Shown piece by piece: positions 1-9,173 of a DNA stretch of 64,000 bases (position 1 is its first letter; the number at the start of each line of letters is the position of its first letter). Source of the DNA: Actinomycetota bacterium (GTDB lineage: Bacteria; Actinomycetota; Thermoleophilia; Miltoncostaeales; Miltoncostaeaceae); assembly GCA_031366605.1 (NCBI GenBank), contig JANLOO010000034.1:34372-98371 (forward strand), given 5' to 3'. The notes beneath the pieces are model-generated. The model did no database searches, was not told the origin of the DNA, and saw only the letters and a program-made list of their open reading frames with translations. The translations under genes were made by a program, and so were the position numbers.

Positions 1-718
1 GCAGGGCACATTCGCTGATCAGGCTAGACGGATCGTCGACGTCTGCCAGCAGCCCCTCCACATCGGTCAGAAACAACACGCGCCGGGCCTTGAGGGCGCC
101 TGCCAGCGCACCCGCCACGGTGTCGGCGTTGATGTTGTAGCTCTGCCCCTCCGCATCGACCCCGACCGACGCGACGACGGGCACGAAGTCGGAGAGGCGC
201 TCCAAGACGAGGGTGTCAAACCCGTCGATGTCACCGACAAAGCCCAGGTCTGCATCGGGGTGTTCGGCTTTGCGGGCGCTGATCAGACCGGCGTCTTCAC
301 CCGACAAGCCGACCGCCTGCACGCCGGCGACGCGAAGCTGGGAGACGATCTCGGTGTTGATCTTGCCGACCAGCACCATCTTGACCAGCTCCATCGTGTC
401 GGCGTCGGTCACCCGCAGGCCGTCCACGAACTTGACGGTCAGGCCGAGTCGGTCGGAGTAGCGCGAGATGTCGGGGCCGCCACCGTGGACGACGACGGGG
501 TTCATGCCGACCAGCTTGAGCAGCGCGACGTCACGTGCGAACGACGCCTTGAGCTCGGGCGTCGTCATCGCCGCGCCACCGTACTTGATCACGATCGTGG
601 CCCCGGCGAACTCCCGAATGTACGGCAGCGCCTCCAGCAGCACATCGACGCGCTGTTCAAGTCCCTCCCGCGTGGGGGTGGAACGTTTGGTACTGCCCGT
701 GACGGTCCCTTCCCTCAA
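1..718 (-). CDS. argB: Acetylglutamate kinase (ArgB); the 3' end runs off the window start
   Basis: Own minus-strand translation; the gene is not in the ORF track. It reads ...[24 protein letters not shown]...[12 protein letters not shown]...[17 protein letters not shown]..., which are typical amino-acid-kinase/ArgB motifs. The start is either TTG 718 or GTG 643. Confidence 0.9.
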   Translation of the reverse strand, partial: MREGTVTGSTKRSTPTREGLEQRVDVLLEALPYIREFAGATIVIKYGGAAMTTPELKASFARDVALLKLVGMNPVVVHGGGPDISRYSDRLGLTVKFVDGLRVTDADTMELVKMVLVGKINTEIVSQLRVAGVQAVGLSGEDAGLISARKAEHPDADLGFVGDIDGFDTLVLERLSDFVPVVASVGVDAEGQSYNINADTVAGALAGALKARRVLFLTDVEGLLADVDDPSSLISECAL

Positions 719-938
719 AGTGGCGACATCTCAAACCTACCAGCGACCCACGCCTCGCCGACGACGGCACTGTGGGCCTTGGGTGGCCGATCGGTGCTCC
801 GAACAGGTGCAGGGACTCAGCGCAGTAGCGGCGCCGTCACTGCGTCCGGTCAACCAGCGTCGCCTGGGATGCAATTCCGTCGGCCTCGCGTCGAGGAAGC
901 AGTTGCCGATTCCCGCCCACCGTGGCACGGTTGTAGTC

Positions 939-1217
939 ATGACGACTGAGGCACTCCGGACGGTGAAGGATCGGTTCTCTGAGTTCGTCGACCGGGTCGA
1001 GCGGGAGCACGAGCGCGTTGTGGTAACGCGCAACGGTCGGCCCGCTGCGGTTCTGATGAGCCATGAGGACCTTGAAAACCTTGAGGAGACACTCGCTGTG
1101 CTCGGCGACACCGACGCGGTCCGAAAGCTTCAGGCCGGGCAACAAGCCCTTGCGACCGGTGATTCCGTGCGCGGTGGCGATGCAGTACGTGCGCTCCGGC
1201 CACGCCGCGTGACGTGA
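939..1217 (+). CDS. Type II antitoxin, Phd/YefM family
   Basis: This is the inner ATG of ORF 468..1217: MTTEALRTVKDRFSEFVDRVEREHERVVVTRNGRPAAVLMSHEDLENLEETLAVL. It is 92 aa. Its stop overlaps the GTG of the downstream toxin frame (GTGA). Confidence 0.85.
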   Translation: MTTEALRTVKDRFSEFVDRVEREHERVVVTRNGRPAAVLMSHEDLENLEETLAVLGDTDAVRKLQAGQQALATGDSVRGGDAVRALRPRRVT

Positions 1218-1499
1218 CGGAGGCAGCGAACAAACCTTACGGACTCGTCGTCGCCGGGCCGGCTGCGCGAGCGATCAACGACGAACTCCCAGAGGCCGTG
1301 GCGTGGGCGGTGATCGAGCTGATCACCGGAGCATTGCTCGAGAATCCACGCCGCCTCAGCCCATGAACTGCGAAATGAACTCGCCGGCATCTGGAGCGCC
1401 CGTCGCGGAGACTTTCGCGTCTTGTACATGATCGATGAGAAAGCTCACGAAGTGCAGGTGCTCAGCGTCAACCACCGCCGCGACGTCTACCGCACCTGA
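1214..1499 (+). pseudogene. RelE/ParE-family toxin interrupted by a frameshift
   Basis: Frame A (1214-1366) reads VTEAANKPYGLVVAGPAARAINDELPEAVAWAVIELITGALLENPRRLSP*. Frame B (from 1362) reads HELRNELAGIWSARRGDFRVLYMIDEKAHEVQVLSVNHRRDVYRT*. Joined, they give a typical ~95-aa RelE/ParE toxin. The break lies at the C-run 1359-1362. Confidence 0.7.
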
Positions 1500-1532
1500 C
1501 CGTTACGGCGTTGATGCCAACGGGGGCAGCGA

Positions 1533-1930
1533 TCAGGTGTTGCGCATCGCGTCGGCGGCCATTGCGAAGTAGTCCACGAGCGCGTTCGCATAGGGCGTCG
1601 GGGGGTTGAGTTCGTCCAGCGCACCGCGCATCGCGGCGAGCCACCGATCCCGGGCGTCGTCATCGATGACAAACGGCGCGTGGCGCATGCGCAGACGGGG
1701 ATGTCCACGCTGTTGCGAGTAGGTCGTTGGCCCGCCCCAGTACTGGGCGAGGAAGAGGCACAGCCGCTCCCGCGCAGGACCGAGGTCATCGGGATCGGGA
1801 TAGCGCGCCAACAGGAGGGGGTCGCGCTGGACCGGTCAGAGAACGCATCCACGAGCCGGGTGAAGAACGACATCCCCCCGACCGCGGCGTACAGCGAGTC
1901 GGGTTCGACGTCCTCGACGTGCTCCGTCAT
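1533..1930 (-). pseudogene. glbO: Group II truncated haemoglobin (trHbO-like), frameshifted in this sequence
   Basis: The N-terminus is in ORF 1487..1930 (MTEHVEDVEPDSLYAAVGGMSFFTRLVDAFSDR). The remainder is in ORF 1533..1811 (..ARYPDPDDLGPARERLCLFLAQYWGGPTTYSQQRGHPRLRMRHAPFVIDDDARDRWL...). The span is 398 nt, not a multiple of 3. One base appears to be missing at CCGG 1832-1835. The ATG overlaps the argJ stop. Confidence 0.75.
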
Positions 1931-3147
1931 GTGCGGTAGTCGGCGTTGATGCTGACGTAGGCATGGGTCAGATCGCAGAAGAAGATCTCGGAGAGGCCCT
2001 CGCCGCGGCCCAGGCCGACGTGCATCTCGTACTCCTCGCGTGCCATCACGTCGGCGATGCCGGGATCCGTCGGCGCGACGCCGTCGAATGTGACCGACGG
2101 GACCGGGGGCGGGCCGGGTGTGCCCGCCAGGGCAGCGCCGATCGCCTGCGACAAGCGGCCCCAGTTGGCGTCGCGTCCGTAGACCGCGGCCTTGATCAAC
2201 GGCGAGTTCGCGATCGCGCGGCCCACGTGCTCGGCTTCGGCGTCGTCCTTGCCGCCGTGGACGAGGAGCCGCACGACGTGTTCTGCGCCTTCGCCGTCAC
2301 GGACGATCTGGAGCGCCAGCCACCGACAGATGGCTCGGAGCGCCTTGCCGAACAACTCGGCCTCCGCGCCGATCAGCTGCGGGCCCTCGCCGTTGGCCAT
2401 CACCAACAACGTGTCAGACGGGCTCATCTGCCCGTCGACGCTGATGCGGTTGAACGACTCGGCTGCGGCCTGCCGGACGAGTGGCTGCAGCACACGCGCG
2501 TCGAGCGGCGCGTCGGTCGTGACGTAAGCCAACATCGTCGCCATATTGGGCGAGATCATCCCGGCGCCCTTGGCCGCCGCGCCGATCGCGTACTCACCCG
2601 ACGGCAGCCGCAACCGGAACGCACCGCCCTTGGGTGTTCGATCGGTCGTGCAGATTGCCTGGCCGAACGCCGGGCCGCCGTCACGGGACACCGCCGACGC
2701 CGCCGCCTGCGCCCCCGCGGTCACGATCTGCATCTTGAAGCGCTCGCCGATGACACCCGTCGAGCACACGGCAACCTGGCCCGGATCACAGCCGAGCTCG
2801 GTGGCGACGGTCGCGCCGATGGCCGCCGCGTCGTCGATGCCCTGTGGCCCGGTCGCAGCGTTGGCGTTGCCGGCGTTGACCACAACGGCCTGCAGGTGCG
2901 CGCGATCGAGGCTCCTGGTGTGCACGACAGATTCCGAGGGCAACGCGCTCGCAGTGTCCACGAGCGCCGACACGGACCGCCGGGTGCTCGTCAGCACGCC
3001 GATGTCCAGACTGCCGGACTCCTTCAAGCCGCACGCCACGCCGCTCGCGACGAACCCCGATGGCGTCGCGACGCTGCCGACGGCGAGCCGCTCGAGCTCT
3101 GACGGCAGACCCCACCAGTCCTCACGCAGCAGCTTGATCTCGCTCAG
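1927..3147 (-). CDS. argJ: Bifunctional ornithine acetyltransferase / N-acetylglutamate synthase (ArgJ)
   Basis: ORF 1927..3039 contains ...AKGAGMISPNMATMLAYVTTDA..., the ArgJ autoprocessing region. The conserved N-terminal ..ATPSGFVASGVACGLK.. extends upstream of the tracked GTG. The only start-like codon there is CTG 3147, which overlaps the argC TGA. The 5' end is therefore uncertain. Confidence 0.88.
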   Translation of the reverse strand: MSEIKLLREDWWGLPSELERLAVGSVATPSGFVASGVACGLKESGSLDIGVLTSTRRSVSALVDTASALPSESVVHTRSLDRAHLQAVVVNAGNANAATGPQGIDDAAAIGATVATELGCDPGQVAVCSTGVIGERFKMQIVTAGAQAAASAVSRDGGPAFGQAICTTDRTPKGGAFRLRLPSGEYAIGAAAKGAGMISPNMATMLAYVTTDAPLDARVLQPLVRQAAAESFNRISVDGQMSPSDTLLVMANGEGPQLIGAEAELFGKALRAICRWLALQIVRDGEGAEHVVRLLVHGGKDDAEAEHVGRAIANSPLIKAAVYGRDANWGRLSQAIGAALAGTPGPPPVPSVTFDGVAPTDPGIADVMAREEYEMHVGLGRGEGLSEIFFCDLTHAYVSINADYRT

Positions 3148-4124
3148 CGCAGACCCTCATCCTCGGGCCGGCCCGCCATCAGGTTGAGGTTCTGCAGCGC
3201 CTGGCCCGCAGCGCCCTTGCCGATGTTGTCGATGACCGCGAACACCGTGACGCGCCCGCCGCGCGGGTCCATGACCGGGCAGACCTGCGCGTAGTTGGTG
3301 TGCTGAACAGCCCGCATGCCCGGCGGAGACCCGACGACCTCCACGAACGGGTGCTCGGCGTAGAAGTCGACGTAGCGCTGCCTCAGGTCGTCGGCGTGCA
3401 TCGGTCCGTCGATCAGGCGCGCATAACACGTCGCCATCAATCCACGGTCAACCGGCACCAGATGCGCGGTGAACGTGACGTCGACGCCCAGTTCCTGCTC
3501 GATCTCGGGCGTGTGCCGGTGTCCATAGACCTTGTAGGCAACGATGCTGTCAGTGACCGACGAGAAGTGGACCGCCTCGCTCGGCGTCTTGCCCGCGCCG
3601 CTGACCCCGCTCTTGGCATCGATGACGACATCGGCAATCCCGCCCACGAGTGGGAGGAGCCCCAGGATCGAGGCCTCGGGGTAACACCCGGGGTTGGCGA
3701 TGAGCCTGGCCGTGCGGATCGCGTCGCGGTTGCGCTCCGGAAGCCCGTAGACGGCCTGGGCCACCAGGTCCGGGCGCGGGTGGTCAAAGCCATACCAGGT
3801 CGGGTACGCGGAAACGTCACGCAAGCGATGGTCGGCCGAGATGTCGACGACCCGCACGCCACGGTCGATCAGCTCGGCGACGAGCGGCGCGGCCTCCGCA
3901 TGTGGGTATGCGACTGCGGCCAGGTCGCCCGGAGCGACCGCCTCGGGCGCGTACACCGTGAGCTCGCGCGTCACCCGGTATTGCGGTGCGACGTCGACCA
4001 GCCTACGTCCCGCGTCCGCCCGCGCGGTGATCTGCCCGAGTTCGAAATGCGGATGCGCGTCGACGAGTGCCGCGAGCTGGGCGCCGGCGAAGCCGGCGGC
4101 ACCGATCACATGGACCCTGCTCAC
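3144..4124 (-). CDS. argC: N-acetyl-gamma-glutamyl-phosphate reductase
   Basis: The 326-aa ORF begins MSRVHVIGAAGFAGAQLAALV and contains ..IANPGCYPEA.. with the active-site Cys. It overlaps the pheT stop by 4 nt. Confidence 0.93.
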   Translation of the reverse strand: MSRVHVIGAAGFAGAQLAALVDAHPHFELGQITARADAGRRLVDVAPQYRVTRELTVYAPEAVAPGDLAAVAYPHAEAAPLVAELIDRGVRVVDISADHRLRDVSAYPTWYGFDHPRPDLVAQAVYGLPERNRDAIRTARLIANPGCYPEASILGLLPLVGGIADVVIDAKSGVSGAGKTPSEAVHFSSVTDSIVAYKVYGHRHTPEIEQELGVDVTFTAHLVPVDRGLMATCYARLIDGPMHADDLRQRYVDFYAEHPFVEVVGSPPGMRAVQHTNYAQVCPVMDPRGGRVTVFAVIDNIGKGAAGQALQNLNLMAGRPEDEGLR

Positions 4125-6547
4125 CCTCGCAACTCCGCTGCGAAGCTGCCCTGGAGCGCATTGACGACCGCGACGACGGGAGCTTCGATCTCGTCATCGG
4201 TCAATGTCCGACCGGGGTCGGCGATCGTCAGGCGCAGCGCCAAGCTGACCTTTCCCGCCGGCACCGGATCACCGACGTAGCGGTCGAACAACCGCACATC
4301 ACGGACCAAGATGCCTCCGGCGGTCCGAGCCGCGGCGATGAGGTCCGACGCACGGACCGAATCGTCCACGATCAGGGCGAGGTCGCGTGTCGATGCGGGC
4401 ACCGACAGCAGATCCTCAAACGCAGGACGCCCGGTTGGCGCGGCACCGAGCAACGCCTGCAGGTCCAGGCCGACGGCGGCCACCGGCCCGCGCACGTCAA
4501 AGTTGCGCAACACCGCAGGGTGGATCTCGCCCACCCAACCGACTTTGGCCCCGCCCGCCCGGAGCTCGCCTTGGCGCACCGGGTGTCCGTAGGGCGCCGA
4601 TGCGGGCGCGACTTCGACCCGTACGCCGGCCGCACGCGCGAGCGTCTCGGCGATGCCTTTGGCACCCCACACATCGACGGTCCGCACCGGGGCACGCCAA
4701 TGGTCATGGGCGGGCGGGCCGAACATCAGACCAACCAGCCAGTCGCGCTCATCCGCCAGGCCGTCAGCGCGTGGCGCGTAGGTCCGTCCGACCTCGAACA
4801 TCGCGCCATGCGGATGCTGATGCGCCTGGTTGCGCGCCGCGGCGCGGAGCAACCCCGGCAAGAGCGACCGCCGCATCACCGCGTGGTCCTCGGTGAGTGG
4901 GTTGGCCAACCGCACGACCTGACGTCGGGGATCGTCCGCGTCCAATTGCAGCTGGTCGGCGTCCGACCCGGGAACGAAGTGCAGGGTGATCGCTTCGCTG
5001 AAGCCAAGGTCTGCCGCAAGCCGCGTCAGACGGCGCCTCAGCGACTGCATCGGGGTGCGCTTGGCGCGGGCCACGATGCGCGGGAGCTCAGCAGCGATCT
5101 GGTCGAAGCCCGTGTGACGACCGACCTCTTCGATCAAGTCGACCTCGCGCTGAAGGTCGCCGGAGCGCCAGAACGGGACCACCACGTCGTGGGCATCCGG
5201 TCCTTCGGTGACCGCACATCCCAGGCTCCGCAGGATCGCGGCCGACCGGTCAGCCGGTGCCGGCATCGCGAGGATCGCGGCGGCGCGTGCGTGGCGCAGT
5301 CGGATCGGCGCGGGAGCCGGCTCTGCGACAGACGCGTCCAGGACACCCGGCACCAGCGTCGCTCCACAGATCTCGACCAACATGCGACATGCCACTGCCA
5401 TCCCGACGGGTGGGAGTTGCCGCGACAGACCCTTCTCGAATCGGCGGCTCGACTCCGTGCGCAATCCCAGCCCCCACGCCGTCGCGAGGATGTTGGGTCC
5501 GACGAATGTCGCGGCTTCGAGCAGGATGCGGCTCGTCGCGTCGGTGACCTCGGCGGCGGCGGCGCCGAACACACCGGCGATGACGGCGGGTTTGTGCGCA
5601 TCGCAGATCGCGAGCATCGAGCTGTCGAGGGTGCGCTCGACGTCGTCGAGCGTGACGATGCGCTCACCGGCCGTCGCGCGGCGCACCACGATCCGAGCGC
5701 CATCGACCAGATCCAGGTCGAAAGCGTGCAGGGGTTGGCCGGTCAGCAACATCACGTAGTTGGTGACATCGACCACGTTCGAGATTGCGCGCATCCCCGC
5801 CGCCTCGAGCCGGAGACGAAGCCAGTCCGGCGACGGGCCGACGCGAACGCCGGTCAGAACGGTCGCCATGTAGCGAGGACACAAATCCGGAGCGTCGACC
5901 TGCAGCGCAACCTGGTCGGCGATCGCACCGGCACCGTCGGCCGATGGCATCGATGGGTCGGGATCGCGAAGCGGCGCTCCGGTGATCGCGGCGACCTCAC
6001 GGGCGACACCCCAGATACCAAGCAGGTCAGGCCGGTTGGCGGCGAGCTCCAGTTCGATGACGGTCTCGGACAGCGGCAGCGCGTCGGCCAACGGGGACCC
6101 TGCGACGAGCGAATCGTCGAGCACCATGATCCCGTCGTGGTCCTCACCCAACTCGATCTCGCGGGCCGACAGGATCATGCCGTAGCTCTCGATGCCACGG
6201 AGCTTGGCAACGCCCAACGGCTTGTCAAACCCGGGCAACAGCGCGCCGGGCATCGCGACAGCCACTGTCTGCCCGGTCGCGACGTTGGGCGCACCGCATA
6301 CGATTTGCTGCGGTTCGTCCCCGCCGACATCGACCCGACACAGGCTCAAACGGTCGGCATTGGGGTGGCGCCCCGCCTGCAACACCTTGCCGACCCGAAA
6401 CCGGTCGAGGTTGCCGTCGGCGTCGGAAGCCCCACGCCGATGAATCGTCTCGACCTTGATCCCGGCGTCGGTCAGCCGCTCGGCAAGCTCCTCGGCGGAC
6501 AGCCCATGATCGACGAGTTCGGAGAGCCATCCCATCGGGACCCTCAT
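4121..6547 (-). CDS. pheT: Phenylalanine--tRNA ligase beta subunit
   Basis: The ORF is 4121..6568. The likely true start is ATG 6547 (MRVPMGWLSELVDHGLSAEELAERLTDAGIKVE), preceded by a GGAGGGGG Shine-Dalgarno (SD) sequence. B3/4, B5 and FDX-ACB-like regions are recognisable. Confidence 0.93.
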   Translation of the reverse strand: MRVPMGWLSELVDHGLSAEELAERLTDAGIKVETIHRRGASDADGNLDRFRVGKVLQAGRHPNADRLSLCRVDVGGDEPQQIVCGAPNVATGQTVAVAMPGALLPGFDKPLGVAKLRGIESYGMILSAREIELGEDHDGIMVLDDSLVAGSPLADALPLSETVIELELAANRPDLLGIWGVAREVAAITGAPLRDPDPSMPSADGAGAIADQVALQVDAPDLCPRYMATVLTGVRVGPSPDWLRLRLEAAGMRAISNVVDVTNYVMLLTGQPLHAFDLDLVDGARIVVRRATAGERIVTLDDVERTLDSSMLAICDAHKPAVIAGVFGAAAAEVTDATSRILLEAATFVGPNILATAWGLGLRTESSRRFEKGLSRQLPPVGMAVACRMLVEICGATLVPGVLDASVAEPAPAPIRLRHARAAAILAMPAPADRSAAILRSLGCAVTEGPDAHDVVVPFWRSGDLQREVDLIEEVGRHTGFDQIAAELPRIVARAKRTPMQSLRRRLTRLAADLGFSEAITLHFVPGSDADQLQLDADDPRRQVVRLANPLTEDHAVMRRSLLPGLLRAAARNQAHQHPHGAMFEVGRTYAPRADGLADERDWLVGLMFGPPAHDHWRAPVRTVDVWGAKGIAETLARAAGVRVEVAPASAPYGHPVRQGELRAGGAKVGWVGEIHPAVLRNFDVRGPVAAVGLDLQALLGAAPTGRPAFEDLLSVPASTRDLALIVDDSVRASDLIAAARTAGGILVRDVRLFDRYVGDPVPAGKVSLALRLTIADPGRTLTDDEIEAPVVAVVNALQGSFAAELRG

Positions 6548-6567
6548 ACGCCCCCTCCGACACGGCA

Positions 6568-6712
6568 CTTGGGCGGCCTATGAGCCACTGTCGCACCACG
6601 AGCCAAACGCCCCGCGACCAAGTGGCTCAAACGTCTCCGGCGGCTGCGACTCACAGCCAGCCCCGCGAGGCGATTGAGTGGCCCCGGAGGGGGCGCGAAT
6701 AGGCCGCCCAAG
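6568..6712. repeat. Nested inverted-repeat / structured element between pheS and pheT
   Basis: There is a perfect 14-nt inverted repeat (IR): CTTGGGCGGCCTAT (6568-6581) and ATAGGCCGCCCAAG (6699-6712). It encloses inner hairpins GAGCCACTGTCGC...GCGACcaAGTGGCTC, CTCCGG...CCGGAG and GGCTG...CAGCC. Confidence 0.6.
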
Positions 6713-6733
6713 AGCCGTGGTGAGCGGGGCGCA

Positions 6734-7759
6734 TTAGTGTGCGCCATCCGCGAATTGCTCCAGGAACCTGAGGTCGCTGTCGAAGAGCAGGCGCAGGTCG
6801 CTGACGCCGTGGCGGAGCATCGCGACGCGTTCGAGACCCATGCCCCAGGCGAAGCCGGTCCATCGCTCCGGATCGATCCCGCAGTGGGCGAAGACATTGG
6901 GGTCGACCATGCCCGCACCGAGGAGTTCGAGCCAGGTCTGGCGGCCGTGGCGGTCGGTCCACAACACGTCGACCTCGACGGACGGCTCGGTGAACGGGAA
7001 GTAGTCCGGCCGCAGGCGGATCTCAAAACCGGGACCCAGCAGCTCACGCACGAAATGTTGGAGCATTCCCTTGAGGTGCGCCATCGACAGGCCCTCGTCG
7101 ACCGCCAGGCCTTCGAGCTGGTGGAACATCGCGCCGTGGGTCGCGTCGATGTCCTCGCGTCGGTAGACGGTACCGGGGCACACGACATAGATCGGTGGCT
7201 CCTGCGACTCCATCACACGCACCTGGACCGGCGACGTGTGCGTCCGCAGCACGACGTCGGGATGCCCCGCGACGAAGAACGTGTCGGTCTCGGCGCGCGC
7301 CGGGTGGCCCTCGGGAATGTTGAGCGCCGTGAAGTTGTGGAAGTCGTCTTCGATGTGCGGACCGTCGGCGATCTGCCACCCCATGCCGATGAAGATCTCC
7401 TCGATCTCGTGCAGAAGCTGGGTCACGATGTGGATCGCGCCGGCCGGATACGGGTCACCGGGGAGCGAGACGTCGACGCGTTCGGCCGCCAGCCGGGCGC
7501 CCATCTCCTGGGCATCGAGCGTCTGCTGCCGCTGTGCGAGCGCCGCCTCGACGGCCTGACGCGCGAGGTTGGCGGCCTTGCCCACCGGCCCGCGTTGCTC
7601 CGGCGGCAGTGAGCCGATCGAGGCCAGCGTCGCCGCAAGCACGCTCTTGCGACCAGTGTGTCGAACGCGGGCCGCTTCGAGCGCGCCGAGGTCGTCAGCG
7701 CCGGCAATCGCCGCGAGCGCTTCGGACTGAACCGAATCGATGTCTGTCTGGGGAGTCAC
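6734..7759 (-). CDS. pheS: Phenylalanine--tRNA ligase alpha subunit
   Basis: The 341-aa ORF contains class II aaRS motifs (..FRRDEIDATH.., ..GAGMVDPNV.., ..GFAWGMGLERVAM..). Confidence 0.95.
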   Translation of the reverse strand: MTPQTDIDSVQSEALAAIAGADDLGALEAARVRHTGRKSVLAATLASIGSLPPEQRGPVGKAANLARQAVEAALAQRQQTLDAQEMGARLAAERVDVSLPGDPYPAGAIHIVTQLLHEIEEIFIGMGWQIADGPHIEDDFHNFTALNIPEGHPARAETDTFFVAGHPDVVLRTHTSPVQVRVMESQEPPIYVVCPGTVYRREDIDATHGAMFHQLEGLAVDEGLSMAHLKGMLQHFVRELLGPGFEIRLRPDYFPFTEPSVEVDVLWTDRHGRQTWLELLGAGMVDPNVFAHCGIDPERWTGFAWGMGLERVAMLRHGVSDLRLLFDSDLRFLEQFADGAH

Positions 7760-7811
7760 CGGCCAGGCAGGGTATCAATCCCGCAACGTAGCTCGGGCCG
7801 CGGTCGTGCGA

Positions 7812-8633
7812 TCAGGCGCTTCGGGTCGCGCGCTGGCGGCGAGCCTCCGCCAGCAGGATCGCGCCGGCCGCGGCGACGTTGAGTGACTCAGCCACTGACT
7901 CCTGCGGAATCGTCACGCGGACGACCTCGTGTTCGTCCGTGAACGGTCCCATCGACACATCGAGCCCCGCCCGTTCGGCGCCGAGCGCGATGAGCGACGG
8001 TGCGGCGAGATCAACCTCCCAGGGCGGCAGGCCACCCGAGACGACAGCCGCGATCACGCGCACACCGGGGCGGGTGGCGAGATCCTCGGCCGTGACCCCT
8101 TCGAGCAAGGGCAGAGCAAACGTGGCGCCCATCGCGGCGCGCACCGCTTTTGGGTTGAACGGGTCCGCCGAGCCGGGTCCGATCCCAACCCAATCGCAGC
8201 CCATCGCAGCCGCCGTGCGCACTAGGGTGCCGACGTTGCCGGGGTCCCCCACCCCCGCCAGCCACAACGCAAGGCTCGGCGGCATGGGGACATCCCGAAA
8301 CGCCGGTGCGTCCGGCTGCGCGAACACGCCGATCATGCGCGGCGCGAACCCCATTGTGCTGACCTGCTTCATCAGGTCCGTCGGCACCGTGTAGCGCTCG
8401 TCGACCTCGCCCGTTGCGATAACCCGAGGATCGTCCTCCTCCACACGATCCTCGTCGACGAGCAGCAGGATCGGAGCGACGCCGGCCGCAAGGGCTGCGT
8501 CGATCAGATCCTCGCCCTCCAACACAACCATTCGTCGCTCGCGGCGAGTGCGTTTCGCCTCCAGCGACCGCACCAACAGGAGCGCCGGGTTGCGGGAGGA
8601 GCTAAGCCGCCGAAGCGGTTTGACGCGCGTCAC
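7812..8633 (-). CDS. TrmH/SpoU-family RNA 2'-O-methyltransferase
   Basis: The 273-aa ORF has SpoU motifs (..ALGAERAGL.., ..[22 protein letters not shown]). It occupies the rplT-(trmH)-pheS position typical of actinobacteria. The start may be internal, because the ORF overlaps rplT by 32 nt. Confidence 0.8.
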   Translation of the reverse strand: MTRVKPLRRLSSSRNPALLLVRSLEAKRTRRERRMVVLEGEDLIDAALAAGVAPILLLVDEDRVEEDDPRVIATGEVDERYTVPTDLMKQVSTMGFAPRMIGVFAQPDAPAFRDVPMPPSLALWLAGVGDPGNVGTLVRTAAAMGCDWVGIGPGSADPFNPKAVRAAMGATFALPLLEGVTAEDLATRPGVRVIAAVVSGGLPPWEVDLAAPSLIALGAERAGLDVSMGPFTDEHEVVRVTIPQESVAESLNVAAAGAILLAEARRQRATRSA

Positions 8634-8973
8634 GTGCGCGGGCGCAGAGCTGGGCGAACGCCTCAGGCTCGTGCGTCGCGAGGTCGGCCAACATTTTGCG
8701 GTTGAGCTCGATCTCCGCCAGCTTGATCCCGTGCATGAAGTCCGAGTAGGTCAGACCCTGCTCGCGCGCTGCCGCGTTGATGCGGGCGATCCACAGACGA
8801 CGGAAGTCGCGCTTGCGGACACGCCGGTCGCGGTATGCGTACCGCAGCGACCGCTGGACCTGTTCTTTCGCGCGACGATATGAACTTTTCTTGGTACCGA
8901 AGTAGCCCTTGGCCTGACCGAGAACCTTGCGGCGCTTCTTGCGTGCCCCGACCGAACGCTTGACCCGCCCCAT
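8602..8973 (-). CDS. rplT: 50S ribosomal protein L20
   Basis: [39 protein letters not shown]... Confidence 0.97.
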   Translation of the reverse strand: MGRVKRSVGARKKRRKVLGQAKGYFGTKKSSYRRAKEQVQRSLRYAYRDRRVRKRDFRRLWIARINAAAREQGLTYSDFMHGIKLAEIELNRKMLADLATHEPEAFAQLCARARDARQTASAA

Positions 8974-9171
8974 CTAGCGCTTCCCCAAGAGACGAAGCAC
9001 GTGCTTCGTGTTGGTCGGGTCGAGCACATCCGGCGTGCCGGCGTTGCGCTTGCGCTTGGGCGACATGTTCTCGAGGTTGTGACGCTTGCCCGAGTGGACG
9101 TACATCACCTTGCCCGTCGGCGTCACTTTGAACCGCTTGGACGCTGAGCGGTTGGTCTTCATCTTCGGCAT
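8974..9171 (-). CDS. rpmI: 50S ribosomal protein L35
   Basis: [33 protein letters not shown]... Confidence 0.97.
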   Translation of the reverse strand: MPKMKTNRSASKRFKVTPTGKVMYVHSGKRHNLENMSPKRKRNAGTPDVLDPTNTKHVLRLLGKR

Positions 9172-9173
9172 GG

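Noticed and set aside
4067-6583. 838-aa plus-strand ORF
   Set aside because: It lies exactly antisense to pheT. Its composition is dominated by Arg/Gly/Pro/Asp with no motifs, which is the typical mirror ORF of a high-GC gene.
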